This document shows, in pieces, positions 54,589 through 64,000 of a stretch of 64,000 nt of DNA. Location: the NCBI GenBank assembly GCA_963775425.1, contig CAVZJB010000016.1, positions 896,001 through 960,000 on the forward strand, read 5' to 3'. The position numbers were made by a program, and so were the translations under genes. The notes beneath the pieces were generated by a model, which saw only the letters and a program-made list of their open reading frames with translations, ran no database searches and was not told the origin of the DNA. This stretch comes from an uncultured delta proteobacterium (GTDB lineage Bacteria > Myxococcota > UBA727 > VGSZ01). How positions within the stretch are numbered: the stretch's first letter is position 1; the number at the start of each line of letters is the position of its first letter.

Positions 54589-55738
54589 TCCCCCAACGCG
54601 GGTCGAGGCACAGGAGCGCGTCGAGGCCGCTCTCGCGCGAGCGCACGAGGACGCCGCCAGACCCGCGGCCGCCGCCGCCGACGGCGCCCGCAGGGCGCGC
54701 ACGCTGGCCGTCGGGGATCCGCAAGCGCCGCTGGAGACGTTCCTGTCGGTGCTGGCCGCCCATGACGCCCTCGGCGACGACGGCAGGCTGCGCGCGGACA
54801 CCGCGCTCATCTCCGCCGGCGACCACTTCGACTGGGGCACGCGCGCCGAGCGCGCCCGTGCGGCCGAGGACGGCACGGCGCTGCTGGCGTGGCTGGCGGC
54901 GCACCCCGCCGACCAGGTGGTGATCCTCCTCGGCAACCATGACCTCGCCAGGGTCGGCGAGCTGAGCGGCGTCGACGACGCGGCGTTCGTTCGCGCGCAG
55001 GCCGTCGCCGACGGCATCGACAAGACCGACGTCGAAGGGAACGCGGCGTTTCGCGCCGAGCACGGCTTCTTTTCGGCGGAGGTCGTCAACCGGGACTTCT
55101 GCTCGTTCCGCACCGCGCAGCGCGACCTCGTCGAGATGCTGCTGCGCGCGCGGCGCCTGAAGCTCGCTCACGCGCGCGGCGACATGCTGTTCGTGCACGC
55201 GGGCATCACGCTCCGCGAGATCGACGCGGTGGGCATCGACCTGCCGACGCCGGCGACGATCGCCGACGCGTTGAACTACGCCCTCGACGAGGCCGTCGAG
55301 CGGCGCGCCGCCGGACCCTTGATCATCGACGGCGTGCACCAACCCGGCGACGCGCAGCGCGAGGGCTTCGGCGCCCTGTACCACCGCCCTGCACAGGGGA
55401 TCACCGAGGAGCAGAAGCGCGAGGGGCGCCGCTTCGATCCGCGGGCGTTGCCGCGGGGGATCGTCCAGGTCATCGGGCACATCCGCGACAAGAAGTGCCG
55501 CGACCTGCTCGGCGATTGGTGTGACGACGGCGCGCACGCGCTCGGTGTGCTGCGGCACATGTCCGTCGACGACGCCGGCGGCGTCCGCTACGCCCGGGGC
55601 CTGCCCGAGCGGTTCGATCCCCGCGCCGCGCACGTCGTCTTCCTCGACGGCGGCATGAACGACATGCGTGACCGCCCCGAGGCCTACGAGGTCCTCGACG
55701 TCGAGCGCCGCGCGGCGGCCGACCTGCGACGCGGCTGA
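54578..55738 (+). CDS. Calcineurin-like metallophosphoesterase (start uncertain)
   Basis: VGDPQA, AGDHFDWG, LLGNHD, FVHAG, QVIGH, FLDGG. Confidence 0.85.
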   Translation: MSPAPPTRVEAQERVEAALARAHEDAARPAAAAADGARRARTLAVGDPQAPLETFLSVLAAHDALGDDGRLRADTALISAGDHFDWGTRAERARAAEDGTALLAWLAAHPADQVVILLGNHDLARVGELSGVDDAAFVRAQAVADGIDKTDVEGNAAFRAEHGFFSAEVVNRDFCSFRTAQRDLVEMLLRARRLKLAHARGDMLFVHAGITLREIDAVGIDLPTPATIADALNYALDEAVERRAAGPLIIDGVHQPGDAQREGFGALYHRPAQGITEEQKREGRRFDPRALPRGIVQVIGHIRDKKCRDLLGDWCDDGAHALGVLRHMSVDDAGGVRYARGLPERFDPRAAHVVFLDGGMNDMRDRPEAYEVLDVERRAAADLRRG

Positions 55739-55748
55739 AGCGACGCCG

Positions 55749-55777
55749 TTGACGCCGGCGCCGCGTGTTGGTTTGCT
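55749..55777 (+). promoter_or_regulatory. Possible sigma70 promoter for tRNA-Leu
   Basis: TTGACG, 17 nt spacer, then TTTGCT (weak -10 preceded by TG). Confidence 0.35.
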
Positions 55778-55793
55778 GCCGCAATCCCTCCGT

Positions 55794-55880
55794 GCCGGAG
55801 TGATGGAATTGGTAGACGTGCCGGACTCAAAATCCGGTGGTGGCAACACCGTGCGGGTTCGAGTCCCGCCTCCGGCACCA
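55794..55880 (+). tRNA. tRNA-Leu (anticodon CAA)
   Basis: Acceptor GCCGGAG/CTCCGGC + A + CCA; D-loop GGAATTGGTAGAC; anticodon arm CCGGA-CTCAAAA-TCCGG; long variable arm GGTG-GCAA-CACC; GGTTCGAGTCC. Confidence 0.98.
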
Positions 55881-56028
55881 CGCAAGCTGTCGCGGCGGGC
55901 CGCGACGCACTCACGGAGTCTCGAACAGGTGGCGGTATCGCGCGCGGCCGCGCGACCGGGGCGCGCAGCTCCTCGCGCTCGGCGACCTCACCTCGCTGAG
56001 GCGTCTGGAACGGGTGGCGATGCACCCG

Positions 56029-56367
56029 TCACGACTTGTTCAACCACTCCTCGGCCTCGGATGACGACGAGAACGCGCGCATCTCCTGCTGCGACGCGAG
56101 GCTCATCGCGGCGATCACCATGTGCCAGAGCTTCTTCTGGGTGACGACCGCGACGCGGCGGAAGCGGTCGCGGTGCTCTCGATTCCACTCGACGAACAGC
56201 GCGCGGGCGTCCGGGTCGTAGCCGGTCATCGCGCCGCAATCGACGAGCAAGGTGCCCGCCTCGGACGGCTGCGCGTCGGACGGAACGCGCTCGAGCTCCG
56301 AGGCGAGCGAGGCACGGGTGAGGTGTCCAGGGAGCGAAAGGCGAGCGGAGACGCCGGCGTTCGTCAC
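56029..56367 (-). CDS. STAS/SEC14 (SpoIIAA-like) domain protein
   Basis: LSLPGHLT...LLVDCGAMTGYDPDARALF...RRVAVV...RAFSSSSEAEEWL. Confidence 0.8.
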   Translation of the reverse strand: MTNAGVSARLSLPGHLTRASLASELERVPSDAQPSEAGTLLVDCGAMTGYDPDARALFVEWNREHRDRFRRVAVVTQKKLWHMVIAAMSLASQQEMRAFSSSSEAEEWLNKS

Positions 56368-56519
56368 CCGGCCAGTCTACGCGACCGCGCGGGCGGTCGA
56401 CGATGTGGGTCGCGCCGAGCACGGAGAAAACAAGCTGAGCTGACTGCTTGAAAGCGCGCATCAGCCCAACGTCGGAGCCGCGGGTCACGCGCGTTGCGAG
56501 CGCGTTTTCCCTCTCGTAC

Positions 56520-57590
56520 GTGCAGCGCGTGCTTCGCTCCTCGCTCCCCGTCGTCGTCGGCATCGCGATGTGCGCGTGTGCGCCTCCGCCCGACCAGGCG
56601 CGCGACCAGGCCGACGGCGGGGCGCCGATCGACGCGATCGACGCGAGTGACGGCGGCGGCGACGCCCACGACGACGACGACGACGGCGCGCCCGACACGG
56701 ATCCCGTCGACGACGGCGACGCCGGCGCGCCCGACACGGATCCCGTCGACGCCGGCGCCGACGGCGGCGGCGAGAGCGGCACCGTCGACGCCGGCAGCAG
56801 CGGCGCGCCGATCGACGAGGTCGACTGCGGGACGTTCCCCGCCGTCAGCGACGTCACGCAAAGCGGGCCGTTCGCGTTCACGAGCGAGGACGACGGGCCC
56901 AACTGTACCATCGTCCACCCCACCAACCTCGGCGACGGCGGCGTGCGCCACCCGGTGATCCTCTGGGGCAACGGGACCGACGCGCCGGTGTCGCTCTACA
57001 AGCCGGCGTTCGAATATTGGGCCTCGTACGGGTTCATCGTGGCCGCCGCCGACGTCGTGGACGGACAGGGATTGGGGCAACCGCAGCTCGCGTGCCTCGA
57101 CTGGGTCCTCGCGCAGAACCACACCGCCGGCAGCCCCTTCGAGGACAAGGTGTGTCCGCGGGTGGCCGCCACCGGGCACTCGCAGGGCGGCGCCGGCGCC
57201 ATCATGGCCGGGACCGATCCGCGCGTCGCCGTCACGGCGCCGCTCATGGCGTACACGCAGCAGGACTGGGGCGGCTTCGACACGGCGTCGATCACGACGC
57301 AGGTGGCGTCACCGATGCTCCTTTTGTCGGGCACCCTCGACAACAACGCCACCCCTTCCATCTACCAACAGCCCGTGTTCGACACGACGAACGTCCCGGT
57401 GTTCTGGGGGAACCTCATCGGCGCCGACCACTACACCGCCGCGCTCGGCCTCACCAAGTACCGCGCCCCGATGCTCGAGTGGTTCCGCTTGCACCTCATG
57501 GACGACGAGAGCTTCCGTGGCGTCTTCTACGGCGACGACTGCTCCCTGTGCGGCGACAACCACTGGATCGTCCAGCGCCACGGCTTGTGA
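56520..57590 (+). CDS. Lipoprotein alpha/beta hydrolase (cutinase/polyester-hydrolase-like)
   Basis: IAMCAC lipobox-like; Asp/Gly-rich linker; HPVILWGNGT, WASYGFIVAA, GHSQGG, LLSGTLD, GADH. Confidence 0.85.
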   Translation: MQRVLRSSLPVVVGIAMCACAPPPDQARDQADGGAPIDAIDASDGGGDAHDDDDDGAPDTDPVDDGDAGAPDTDPVDAGADGGGESGTVDAGSSGAPIDEVDCGTFPAVSDVTQSGPFAFTSEDDGPNCTIVHPTNLGDGGVRHPVILWGNGTDAPVSLYKPAFEYWASYGFIVAAADVVDGQGLGQPQLACLDWVLAQNHTAGSPFEDKVCPRVAATGHSQGGAGAIMAGTDPRVAVTAPLMAYTQQDWGGFDTASITTQVASPMLLLSGTLDNNATPSIYQQPVFDTTNVPVFWGNLIGADHYTAALGLTKYRAPMLEWFRLHLMDDESFRGVFYGDDCSLCGDNHWIVQRHGL

Positions 57591-57627
57591 CCGGCGCCCG
57601 CCGCGCCGCTTTGTTAGCCTTCGCGCG

Positions 57628-58182
57628 ATGCGCAAACTCTTTCCTTTCGTCGCCGGCGTCGTCGCCCTCGCCGCGTCCTGCGATCCGCTGCCCGCCGCCC
57701 ATGCGCAGCCGCCGCCCGCCAGGCCCGCCGCCGCGAAGCCCGCCGTCGCGAAGCCCATCGACACACGAACGGCGCTGCCGCTGTTGCCGATGATGGCCGC
57801 GCACCAGCGCGCGAGCATGCGCGATCACCTGCTCGCGGTGCAGGAGATCACGGCCGCGCTCAGCGAGGCGGACTTCGACGGCGTGGCCAAGGCCGCCAAG
57901 CGGCTCGGGTCGTCCGACGAGATGCAGCAGCAGTGCACGCACATGGGCGCGGCCGCGCCGGGGTTCACCGAGCGTGCGCTCGAGTTCCACCGCACCGCCG
58001 ACGGCATCGGCCTCGCCGCCACGCACAAAAACCCCGAGGAGACGCTGCGCGCGCTCAGCAACACGCTCGCGAGGTGCACGAGCTGCCACCAGACGTATCG
58101 TCAGGAGATCGTCGACGACAAGACCTGGTCGCAGCTCACGGGAACCCCGCCGCCGGCGATGCATCACCACGGCTCGCCCTGA
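57628..58182 (+). CDS. Cytochrome c'-like lipoprotein
   Basis: LAASC lipobox; helical body with C-terminal CTSCH heme motif; ends MHHHGSP. Confidence 0.85.
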   Translation: MRKLFPFVAGVVALAASCDPLPAAHAQPPPARPAAAKPAVAKPIDTRTALPLLPMMAAHQRASMRDHLLAVQEITAALSEADFDGVAKAAKRLGSSDEMQQQCTHMGAAAPGFTERALEFHRTADGIGLAATHKNPEETLRALSNTLARCTSCHQTYRQEIVDDKTWSQLTGTPPPAMHHHGSP

Positions 58183-58237
58183 GCGCGCGCCGGCGCCGAG
58201 CACCGCGGTGCACGCGCGACGAAAGAGCGCGGCGCGC

Positions 58238-59188
58238 TCAGTCGGCGCCCTCGTCGAGGCCGACCTCCGGCGGCGTCAGCGGTGACGTGCGGTTGGCGTC
58301 CGTGGCGCGGACGCGCGCGACCTCCGCGGCGCTGACGGCGCCCGCGCCGTTGCCGAACGACGCGCGCACGAAGGTGAGGACCTTCGCGAGCGCCTCGTCG
58401 TCGAGCTGCGCGCCCGCCGCCGGCATGACGCCGGTGTAGCGCTCGCCCTCCATCCGGATGGAGCCCTGCAGGCCGTGGAGCGTGACGCGCGTGAGCACGG
58501 CGGGATCCCCGGCGACGACGGCGCTGTTCGCGAGCGGCGGAAACGCGCCCGGGACGCCCCTGCCCCGCGCGCCGTGGCAGGCGGCGCAGGAGCGCTCGTA
58601 CTGCTGCGCGCCGCTGAGCGCGCCCGACGGCCCGGGCTCGGACGAAATCGACGCGGCCATCTGCGCGTGGCGCTCGGCCATCGCCCGGTGCCACGCCGCG
58701 TCGGGGCCGCTGGCCGCCTGCTCCTCGTGCCACTTCGCCATCTCGGCGTGCCACTCGCGCATCATGCCGCTCATCATCGGCGTGCCGCCCCGCATCATGC
58801 CGCGGCCGTGCATGCCCATCATCCCGCGGCCGCCGGGGCCGCTCGTGCCCGCGCCGGTCCGCATGCCGGGCCCGCGGCCGGGCATCATGCCGCCGACCGT
58901 GCGCATCTGGCTCGCCATCATGCGCCCCCGCCAGCCGAAGCCGGCCGGCGCCGCCTGGTACGCCCTCGCGAGCGCGTCGTAGCGGACAGCCCCCGGCGCG
59001 CTCGACGCCGTGGGGGGCGCGGCCGGCGCCGGGGACGCCGTCGTCGGCGTCGGTGTCGGCGTCGGTGTCGGCGTCGGTGTCGGCGTCGGTGTCGGCGCCG
59101 GCGCCGGCGTGTCCGCGCGGGATGTGCCGTCCTGGCACGCGATGGCGACGACAACTGCCGCGGCGAAGAAGAGCGTTCGCGCTTTCAT
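58238..59188 (-). CDS. Class I cytochrome c lipoprotein with PT repeat and Met/Gly-rich region
   Basis: VAIAC lipobox; (PT)n; MMPGRGPGM...MMGMHGRGMM; GAQQYERSCAACHG...GAFPPLA...GVMPA...VLTFVRASFGN. Confidence 0.9.
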   Translation of the reverse strand: MKARTLFFAAAVVVAIACQDGTSRADTPAPAPTPTPTPTPTPTPTPTPTTASPAPAAPPTASSAPGAVRYDALARAYQAAPAGFGWRGRMMASQMRTVGGMMPGRGPGMRTGAGTSGPGGRGMMGMHGRGMMRGGTPMMSGMMREWHAEMAKWHEEQAASGPDAAWHRAMAERHAQMAASISSEPGPSGALSGAQQYERSCAACHGARGRGVPGAFPPLANSAVVAGDPAVLTRVTLHGLQGSIRMEGERYTGVMPAAGAQLDDEALAKVLTFVRASFGNGAGAVSAAEVARVRATDANRTSPLTPPEVGLDEGAD

Positions 59189-59472
59189 GGGGACCTCTGC
59201 CGCGCGAAGGCGCGCGCTCCCTCGTCGCTGCAATGACGCGGCCAGACGAGCGCGGGCGCCTCCAGCGGGTCCGGCGCGGTGCTGCGACCCGTCGGTCCCG
59301 ATGCGGCACCATCTCACACGAGGCACTGGGTGAGAGCGCCCGCACCCGCGCCTCCCAAGGCTCGCCCGCAGCGTCACCACGTCGACGGCGCGGCCCACCG
59401 GGGCCGGGCACGCGCGTTGCTCGACGCCGCATGCGGCCCCCATCGCGGGGCACCGCTCGAACGGAGCGCGCC

Positions 59473-60159
59473 ATGTCCCGCCACATCGACAACGCGGACA
59501 ACACCTCCATCGCCGACGCCCTCGATCGTGTGGCGGGGCGTCTGGAGGCCGAAGACGAGCCCGTGTCGCACGCGTCGTCCGTGCCCTTTCGTGCACGCGC
59601 CTGGCGCCGCGCCGCCGAGGAGGTGCGCAGGCTCGACGAGCCCGTCGCCCGCATCGCGCGCGAGCGGGGCCTGCCGGGGCTCGACGCGCTCCCCGACGTC
59701 GGCCCGGGCATCGGCGCCGCCATCCTCGACCTGGTCGAGACCGGCCGCCTCGCCGTCCTCGACGAGCCGGGCCCGGAGCGCGCGGAGGCCGAGGAGGCCG
59801 AGGCGGCCGAGGAGCCCGCGCTCCCGGCGGTCCACACCCTCCTCGACGTCGACGTCGAGTACCGCCGCCGCGCCGCCGCCGGGACCCTCAAGCGCATCGC
59901 GCCCGCGCGCTACAACCCCGACCACGAGAAGTGGTTGCCGGTGCTCCACACCGAGCGCGGCCCGTGGCGCTTCACGGCGGTGTACTCCAACACGCAGAAG
60001 GCGCACGAGCTCGCCAAGACCCACGACTGGGTCGTGATTTTCTTCGAGCGCGACGGGATCGAGCGCCAGTGCACGGTGGTCACCGCGACGCACGGCTCCG
60101 ACAAGGGCCGGCGCGTGGTGCGGGGCCGCGAGGCGAAGGGTCCACACGAGCGCCCGTGA
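59473..60159 (+). CDS. Helix-hairpin-helix DNA-binding protein (PolX N-terminal-like)
   Basis: IADALDRVA...PFRARAWRRAA...LPDVGPGIGAAI..LVETG; C-terminal IAPARYNP..WLPVLH...FTAVYSNT...DWVVI...QCTVVT...RVVRGRE. Confidence 0.85.
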   Translation: MSRHIDNADNTSIADALDRVAGRLEAEDEPVSHASSVPFRARAWRRAAEEVRRLDEPVARIARERGLPGLDALPDVGPGIGAAILDLVETGRLAVLDEPGPERAEAEEAEAAEEPALPAVHTLLDVDVEYRRRAAAGTLKRIAPARYNPDHEKWLPVLHTERGPWRFTAVYSNTQKAHELAKTHDWVVIFFERDGIERQCTVVTATHGSDKGRRVVRGREAKGPHERP

Positions 60160-60240
60160 GCGGCGCCGAGGGTCCCCTCGAAGCGGACACCGCGGGCGTC
60201 GACGACGAGGAGGCCGGGAGCGCCGCTGGCGGCGCCTTTC

Positions 60241-61194
60241 ATGAATTCGCTCGACGGCCGCGCTACCTTCGCCGACGTGGAGGTGTTCGGGGATTACGAG
60301 CTGTTGAGCCCGCTCGCCAAGGGCGGCATGGCGGAGCTGTTCCGAGCGCGCCACACAGCGAGCGGGGCGGGTGTCGTCGTCAAGCGGCTGCTGCCGGAGA
60401 TGGAGGAGCGCTCGGACATCGTCGACCTCTTCCTCACCGAGGCCGACGTCGGTCAGATGCTCCGGCACGAAAACGTCGTCGCCGTCCTCGACGCCGGTGA
60501 GATCGACGGGCGCTACTACATCGCGATGGAGTACGTCGACGGGCTCGACGCCGAGCGGCTCATCGCCGACGCGTGGCGCCGGGGTGAGCCCATCTCGCGG
60601 CGCATCTCCATCCGCATCGCCGTCGACGCGCTGCGCGGGCTTCACGCGGCCCACGAGCTCAAGAGCCCGCAGGGCACGCACTTCGGCCTCGTCCATCGCG
60701 ACGTCAGCCCGGACAACCTCTTCATCACGCAGGACGGCCTCACCAAGGTCGCGGACTTCGGCATCGCCAAGCTCGCGTCCCTCGAAGGGGCGACCCAGGC
60801 CGGGCTCATCAAGGGCAAGCTCGCGTATATGTCGCCCGAGCAGGTGCGCGGCGTCCCGCTCGACGGCCGCGCCGACGCGTTCTCGCTCGGCCTCGTCCTG
60901 TACGAGATGCTGTCGTCGGCGCGGCCGTTCGCCCCGCTCGAGGGCGAAAACGAGATCGACACCCTGCTGCGCGTCCGGCGCGGATCGGTGCGCGCCCTGC
61001 GCAAGCTCGAGCCCGACGTCCCCCGGAACATCGCCAACGTCGTCGACAAGGCCCTGCGCGGCGTGCGTTTCTTTCGCCACAAGTCGTGCGGCGCCTTCGC
61101 AGACGCCCTCGAGCGCGCGGCCACGGACGCCGGGCTGTTTGGCGCCCGCGACGACGTGGCGCGCGCCGTCGCGGCTGTCCGCGCGCGGCTGTAG
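60241..61194 (+). CDS. Serine/threonine protein kinase
   Basis: LAKGGMAELF, VVKRL, HENVV, IAMEYVDG, VHRDVSPDN, KVADFGIAK, GKLAYMSPEQ. Confidence 0.96.
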   Translation: MNSLDGRATFADVEVFGDYELLSPLAKGGMAELFRARHTASGAGVVVKRLLPEMEERSDIVDLFLTEADVGQMLRHENVVAVLDAGEIDGRYYIAMEYVDGLDAERLIADAWRRGEPISRRISIRIAVDALRGLHAAHELKSPQGTHFGLVHRDVSPDNLFITQDGLTKVADFGIAKLASLEGATQAGLIKGKLAYMSPEQVRGVPLDGRADAFSLGLVLYEMLSSARPFAPLEGENEIDTLLRVRRGSVRALRKLEPDVPRNIANVVDKALRGVRFFRHKSCGAFADALERAATDAGLFGARDDVARAVAAVRARL

Positions 61195-61242
61195 GGAGAC
61201 CAACTTGCGCCCCCCCGTGCGGGCATGCGAGGTTGACGGCGA

Positions 61243-62895
61243 GTGACGACGGGAACGCGCACCCTGACGGGGCACCTGGAAGACCTCGACCTCGACGAGA
61301 TCGTCCGCGTCATCGCGCTCTCCAAGCGTTCGGGCCTCCTCTCGGTCGACGGCGCCGACGGCAAGGCCGAGCTGTCCTTCGTCGGCGGCCGCCTGGTGCG
61401 CGCCCGCCTGCAGGACTCCGTCGAGACCGTCGCGCAGCTCCTCGTGCGCGCCGGCCTCCTCGACGAGGACGACCTCGCGGCGCCGCCGGGCGTCTCCGAG
61501 GGGGCAGAGAGCCTCGACGATGTCGTCAAGCGCGTCGCCGACGACCGCGGGGAGCGCGGGCTCCTCGTGCGCATCGACGACGTCATCGCCGAGCAGCTCT
61601 CCACCCTCGCGCAGCGCGTGATGCTCTTTCGCTCCGGCTCCTTTCAGTTCCTGGTGAGCGAGGACGACGCCCCGCCCCTGCGCTTCCCGCGCGACACCGC
61701 CTTCACCCTGCCCGCCGGCATCGACGCCGACGAGCTCGCGCGCGAGGCGCGCCGGCGCCGGCAGGACAAGCGCGCCGATCCGCTCGGCTCGCTCGTCCCC
61801 ACGGCCGCCGGGGGGCTCAAGCGGTCGGCGTCGAACAACGAGCACGTCGAGATCTTCCTCGTCGACGACGACCCCACGTTCCTGCAGGCGGCCGAGCGCG
61901 GCTGCGCCGACGCCGGCGTCCACGTCGCGCCCCTCGGCAACGCCCGCGCCGCCATCGACCGCTTCTTCGCTCTCGGCGCGGGCGACACCCCCTCCTTCAT
62001 GCTCGTCGACCTCGTCATGCCCCGCTCGAGCGGCAAGGGCATCCTCGGCGGCCTCGAGGTGCTCAAGCGCGCCGCCGACGTCGACCTCGCGGGCCGCGTC
62101 TTCCTCGCCCTGGAGGAGCCGCACGCCGACGCCGAAGCCATGGCCAAGGATCTCGGCGCCGCAGGCGTCGTCAACAAGCCCAAGCACAACGGCGCGCACG
62201 TGGGCGAGGAGCCGCTGCTTGCGCCGTACCTCAACCCCGTCCTCGAGCGCCTCCGCCGCGCCCCGCTCATGGCCGCGAGCTTCGACCTCGCGCGCGAGCT
62301 CCGCGTCGAGCTCGGCGACGCCGGCGGCGACTGGCGCACCGACGGCGGCAAGATCGTCGACGAGAACGTGCGCAGCCTGGAGACCTTGAAGGCGCTCCTC
62401 GGCGAGCTCAACGAGCCCACCTTCGACGAGGAGATCCCCCTCCTCGTCCTGCGCTTCGCCTCGGCCTTCTTCGTGCGCGGCGCGTTGTTCTCGGTAGATC
62501 ACAAGCGCGGAGAGCTCGTCGGCCTCGGCGCGTTCGGTCTCGGCGTCGCCGATCCCGGCCGCCTGGTCCGCTCCATCAAGATCCCTCTCGCCGCCGACAC
62601 CGTGTTCTCCAAGGCGCTGCAGGAGAAGGCGGGCGTGCGGCAGCACTTCTTCGACAGCGAGCACAACCTGCGCCTCATCTCCACCCTCGGCGGCCCCCGC
62701 CCGCGCGAGGTCTACACGGCGCCGCTGATCTCGCCGCGCGGGGTGGAGTGCGTCATCTACGCCGACAACGCCACCGACGCCCGACCGTTCCCGGACATCC
62801 ACCTCCTCGAGATCTTCCTGCAGCAGTCGGCGGCGGCCATCGAGCGCGCTACGTTGAAGAACCAGCTCAAGCGGCTGATGGCCGCCAACGCCTGA
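61243..62895 (+). CDS. DUF4388 + receiver + GAF-like signalling protein
   Basis: LTGHLEDLDLDEIVRVIALSKRSGLL (DUF4388); FLVDDD...LVDLVMP...GLEVL...NKP (receiver); VIYADN (GAF-like). Confidence 0.85.
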   Translation: MTTGTRTLTGHLEDLDLDEIVRVIALSKRSGLLSVDGADGKAELSFVGGRLVRARLQDSVETVAQLLVRAGLLDEDDLAAPPGVSEGAESLDDVVKRVADDRGERGLLVRIDDVIAEQLSTLAQRVMLFRSGSFQFLVSEDDAPPLRFPRDTAFTLPAGIDADELAREARRRRQDKRADPLGSLVPTAAGGLKRSASNNEHVEIFLVDDDPTFLQAAERGCADAGVHVAPLGNARAAIDRFFALGAGDTPSFMLVDLVMPRSSGKGILGGLEVLKRAADVDLAGRVFLALEEPHADAEAMAKDLGAAGVVNKPKHNGAHVGEEPLLAPYLNPVLERLRRAPLMAASFDLARELRVELGDAGGDWRTDGGKIVDENVRSLETLKALLGELNEPTFDEEIPLLVLRFASAFFVRGALFSVDHKRGELVGLGAFGLGVADPGRLVRSIKIPLAADTVFSKALQEKAGVRQHFFDSEHNLRLISTLGGPRPREVYTAPLISPRGVECVIYADNATDARPFPDIHLLEIFLQQSAAAIERATLKNQLKRLMAANA

Positions 62896-62908
62896 CGCAG
62901 GAGTCCCC

Positions 62909-64000
62909 ATGTCCGCCACCCCCGAGTCGACGCAGCAGCCCTCCACCACCGGCGATCTGCGCGACAAGAAGGCGGCGCTGTCGCGTGCCGTCGACGAGAT
63001 CCTCCGGCACGCGCCCTACGCGCACGCGCTCGCTCAACAAAAGGAGGGCACCGCCTTCCGGGCCACGTCGCGGGCCACCTCCATCGAGCCGGTCGCGCCG
63101 GTGCTCGGCGCGGTGCTGTCCGCGTGGAACGGCCGCGCCATGCTCGAGGTCACGGCGCCGTCGCTCGACGACGACGACCTCGCCGCCGCCACCAGGAAGC
63201 TCGTCGACCTCGTCGCGCGCGAGGGCGGGTCCACCGGCAAGGGGGCCGTCATCGAGCCCGGTGAGCCGCTCGACAAGGAGCTCATCGTCGCCGAAGAGGT
63301 GCCGGTGGAGAGCCTCTCGCTCGACGAGCGCCTCGGCCGCGCCGTCGCGGTGAAGGACGGCATCCACAAGCGCGACGCGCGCGTGAAGAACGCCATCGCG
63401 CGCGCCACCCACGTCCGCACGCAGGAGCTGTTCGTCGGCCCCACGCGCAAGCTCTACCAGGACCTGCGTCGCGCCGAGATGGTCTGCGTCGTCGTCATGG
63501 AGGACGCCGGCCGCGCGGCGGACCTCCACGGCGGCCGCGGCAAGCAGGGCGGCGCCGAGAACCTGACGCTCCCCGAGCACGACCTCGACCTCCTCGTCGA
63601 GGACTGCGCCAAGCTCCTGCGCGCCACGCGCGTCCCGGGCGGCACCTACCGCTGCGTCTTCGACCCCGACATGGCCGGGCTGTTCGCGCACGAAGCGTTC
63701 GGCCACGGCACCGAGGCCGACATGTTCACCAAGCGCCGCGCCAAGGGCGCCGACTACATGGGCAAGCGCGTGGCCTCCGACCTCGTCGACATGTTCGACA
63801 ACCCCGCGCTCCCCGGGCAGGCGGCGTCGTACTTCTTCGACGACGAAGGCCAGCTCGCGTCCGCGACGCAGATCATCACGCGCGGCATCCTCACCGCGCC
63901 GATGACCGACCTGGTGAGCGCGTCCAAGCTCGGCATCAAGCGGAGCGCCAACGGCAGGCGTGAGAGCGTGCAGCGCAAGGTCTACACGCGCATGAGCAAC
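62909..64000 (+). CDS. tldD: TldD/PmbA family metalloprotease (3' end outside window)
   Basis: AGGAG SD and ATG 62909; manual translation gives GLFAHEAFGHGTEAD, YFFDDEG, ANGRRES, RMSN. Absent from the ORF track because it has no stop in the window. Confidence 0.92.
   Translation, partial: MSATPESTQQPSTTGDLRDKKAALSRAVDEILRHAPYAHALAQQKEGTAFRATSRATSIEPVAPVLGAVLSAWNGRAMLEVTAPSLDDDDLAAATRKLVDLVAREGGSTGKGAVIEPGEPLDKELIVAEEVPVESLSLDERLGRAVAVKDGIHKRDARVKNAIARATHVRTQELFVGPTRKLYQDLRRAEMVCVVVMEDAGRAADLHGGRGKQGGAENLTLPEHDLDLLVEDCAKLLRATRVPGGTYRCVFDPDMAGLFAHEAFGHGTEADMFTKRRAKGADYMGKRVASDLVDMFDNPALPGQAASYFFDDEGQLASATQIITRGILTAPMTDLVSASKLGIKRSANGRRESVQRKVYTRMSN

Noticed and set aside
55881-60159. Genomic island integrated at tRNA-Leu
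   Set aside because: No integrase and no convincing duplicated tRNA 3' end; the 10-bp CCTCCGGCAC at 63001 lies inside tldD and is expected by chance.

Overview
Very GC-rich (by eye above 70%) bacterial chromosome segment. It is almost certainly from a Myxococcota-type organism, given TIGR02265/DUF2378-like, TIGR02266 PilZ-like, MXAN_5808-like S41 protease and DUF4388-like proteins and a Myxococcus-type LexA box. Housekeeping genes (recA, pepA, rho, alaS, ridA-glyQ-glyS, rel/spoT, polA, a thiolase, a short leuA-family gene, tRNA-Leu(CAA), partial tldD) are interleaved with secreted or lipoproteins, peptidases and signalling proteins. No integrase, transposase, prophage, CRISPR array or rRNA was found. 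The most notable items: (1) a ~750 bp non-coding region upstream of ridA-glyQ-glyS made of two diverged, highly structured ~400 bp units with an embedded GTAG-type REPIN, followed by a U-tailed hairpin and a Shine-Dalgarno-sequestering hairpin (candidate new RNA leader or structured repeat family); (2) five apparent frameshifts, two of them (glyS and rel) at an identical 12-mer, which suggests modification-linked sequencing errors; (3) a histone-H1-like PAKK repeat tail fused to GlyQ, and Lys-rich additions on other housekeeping enzymes; (4) three apparent pseudo-enzymes (M48 protease, FHA-kinase, Zn-PLC-like); (5) three Cys-rich proteins with (GE)n tracts. All family assignments come from motif recognition by eye, not database searches.
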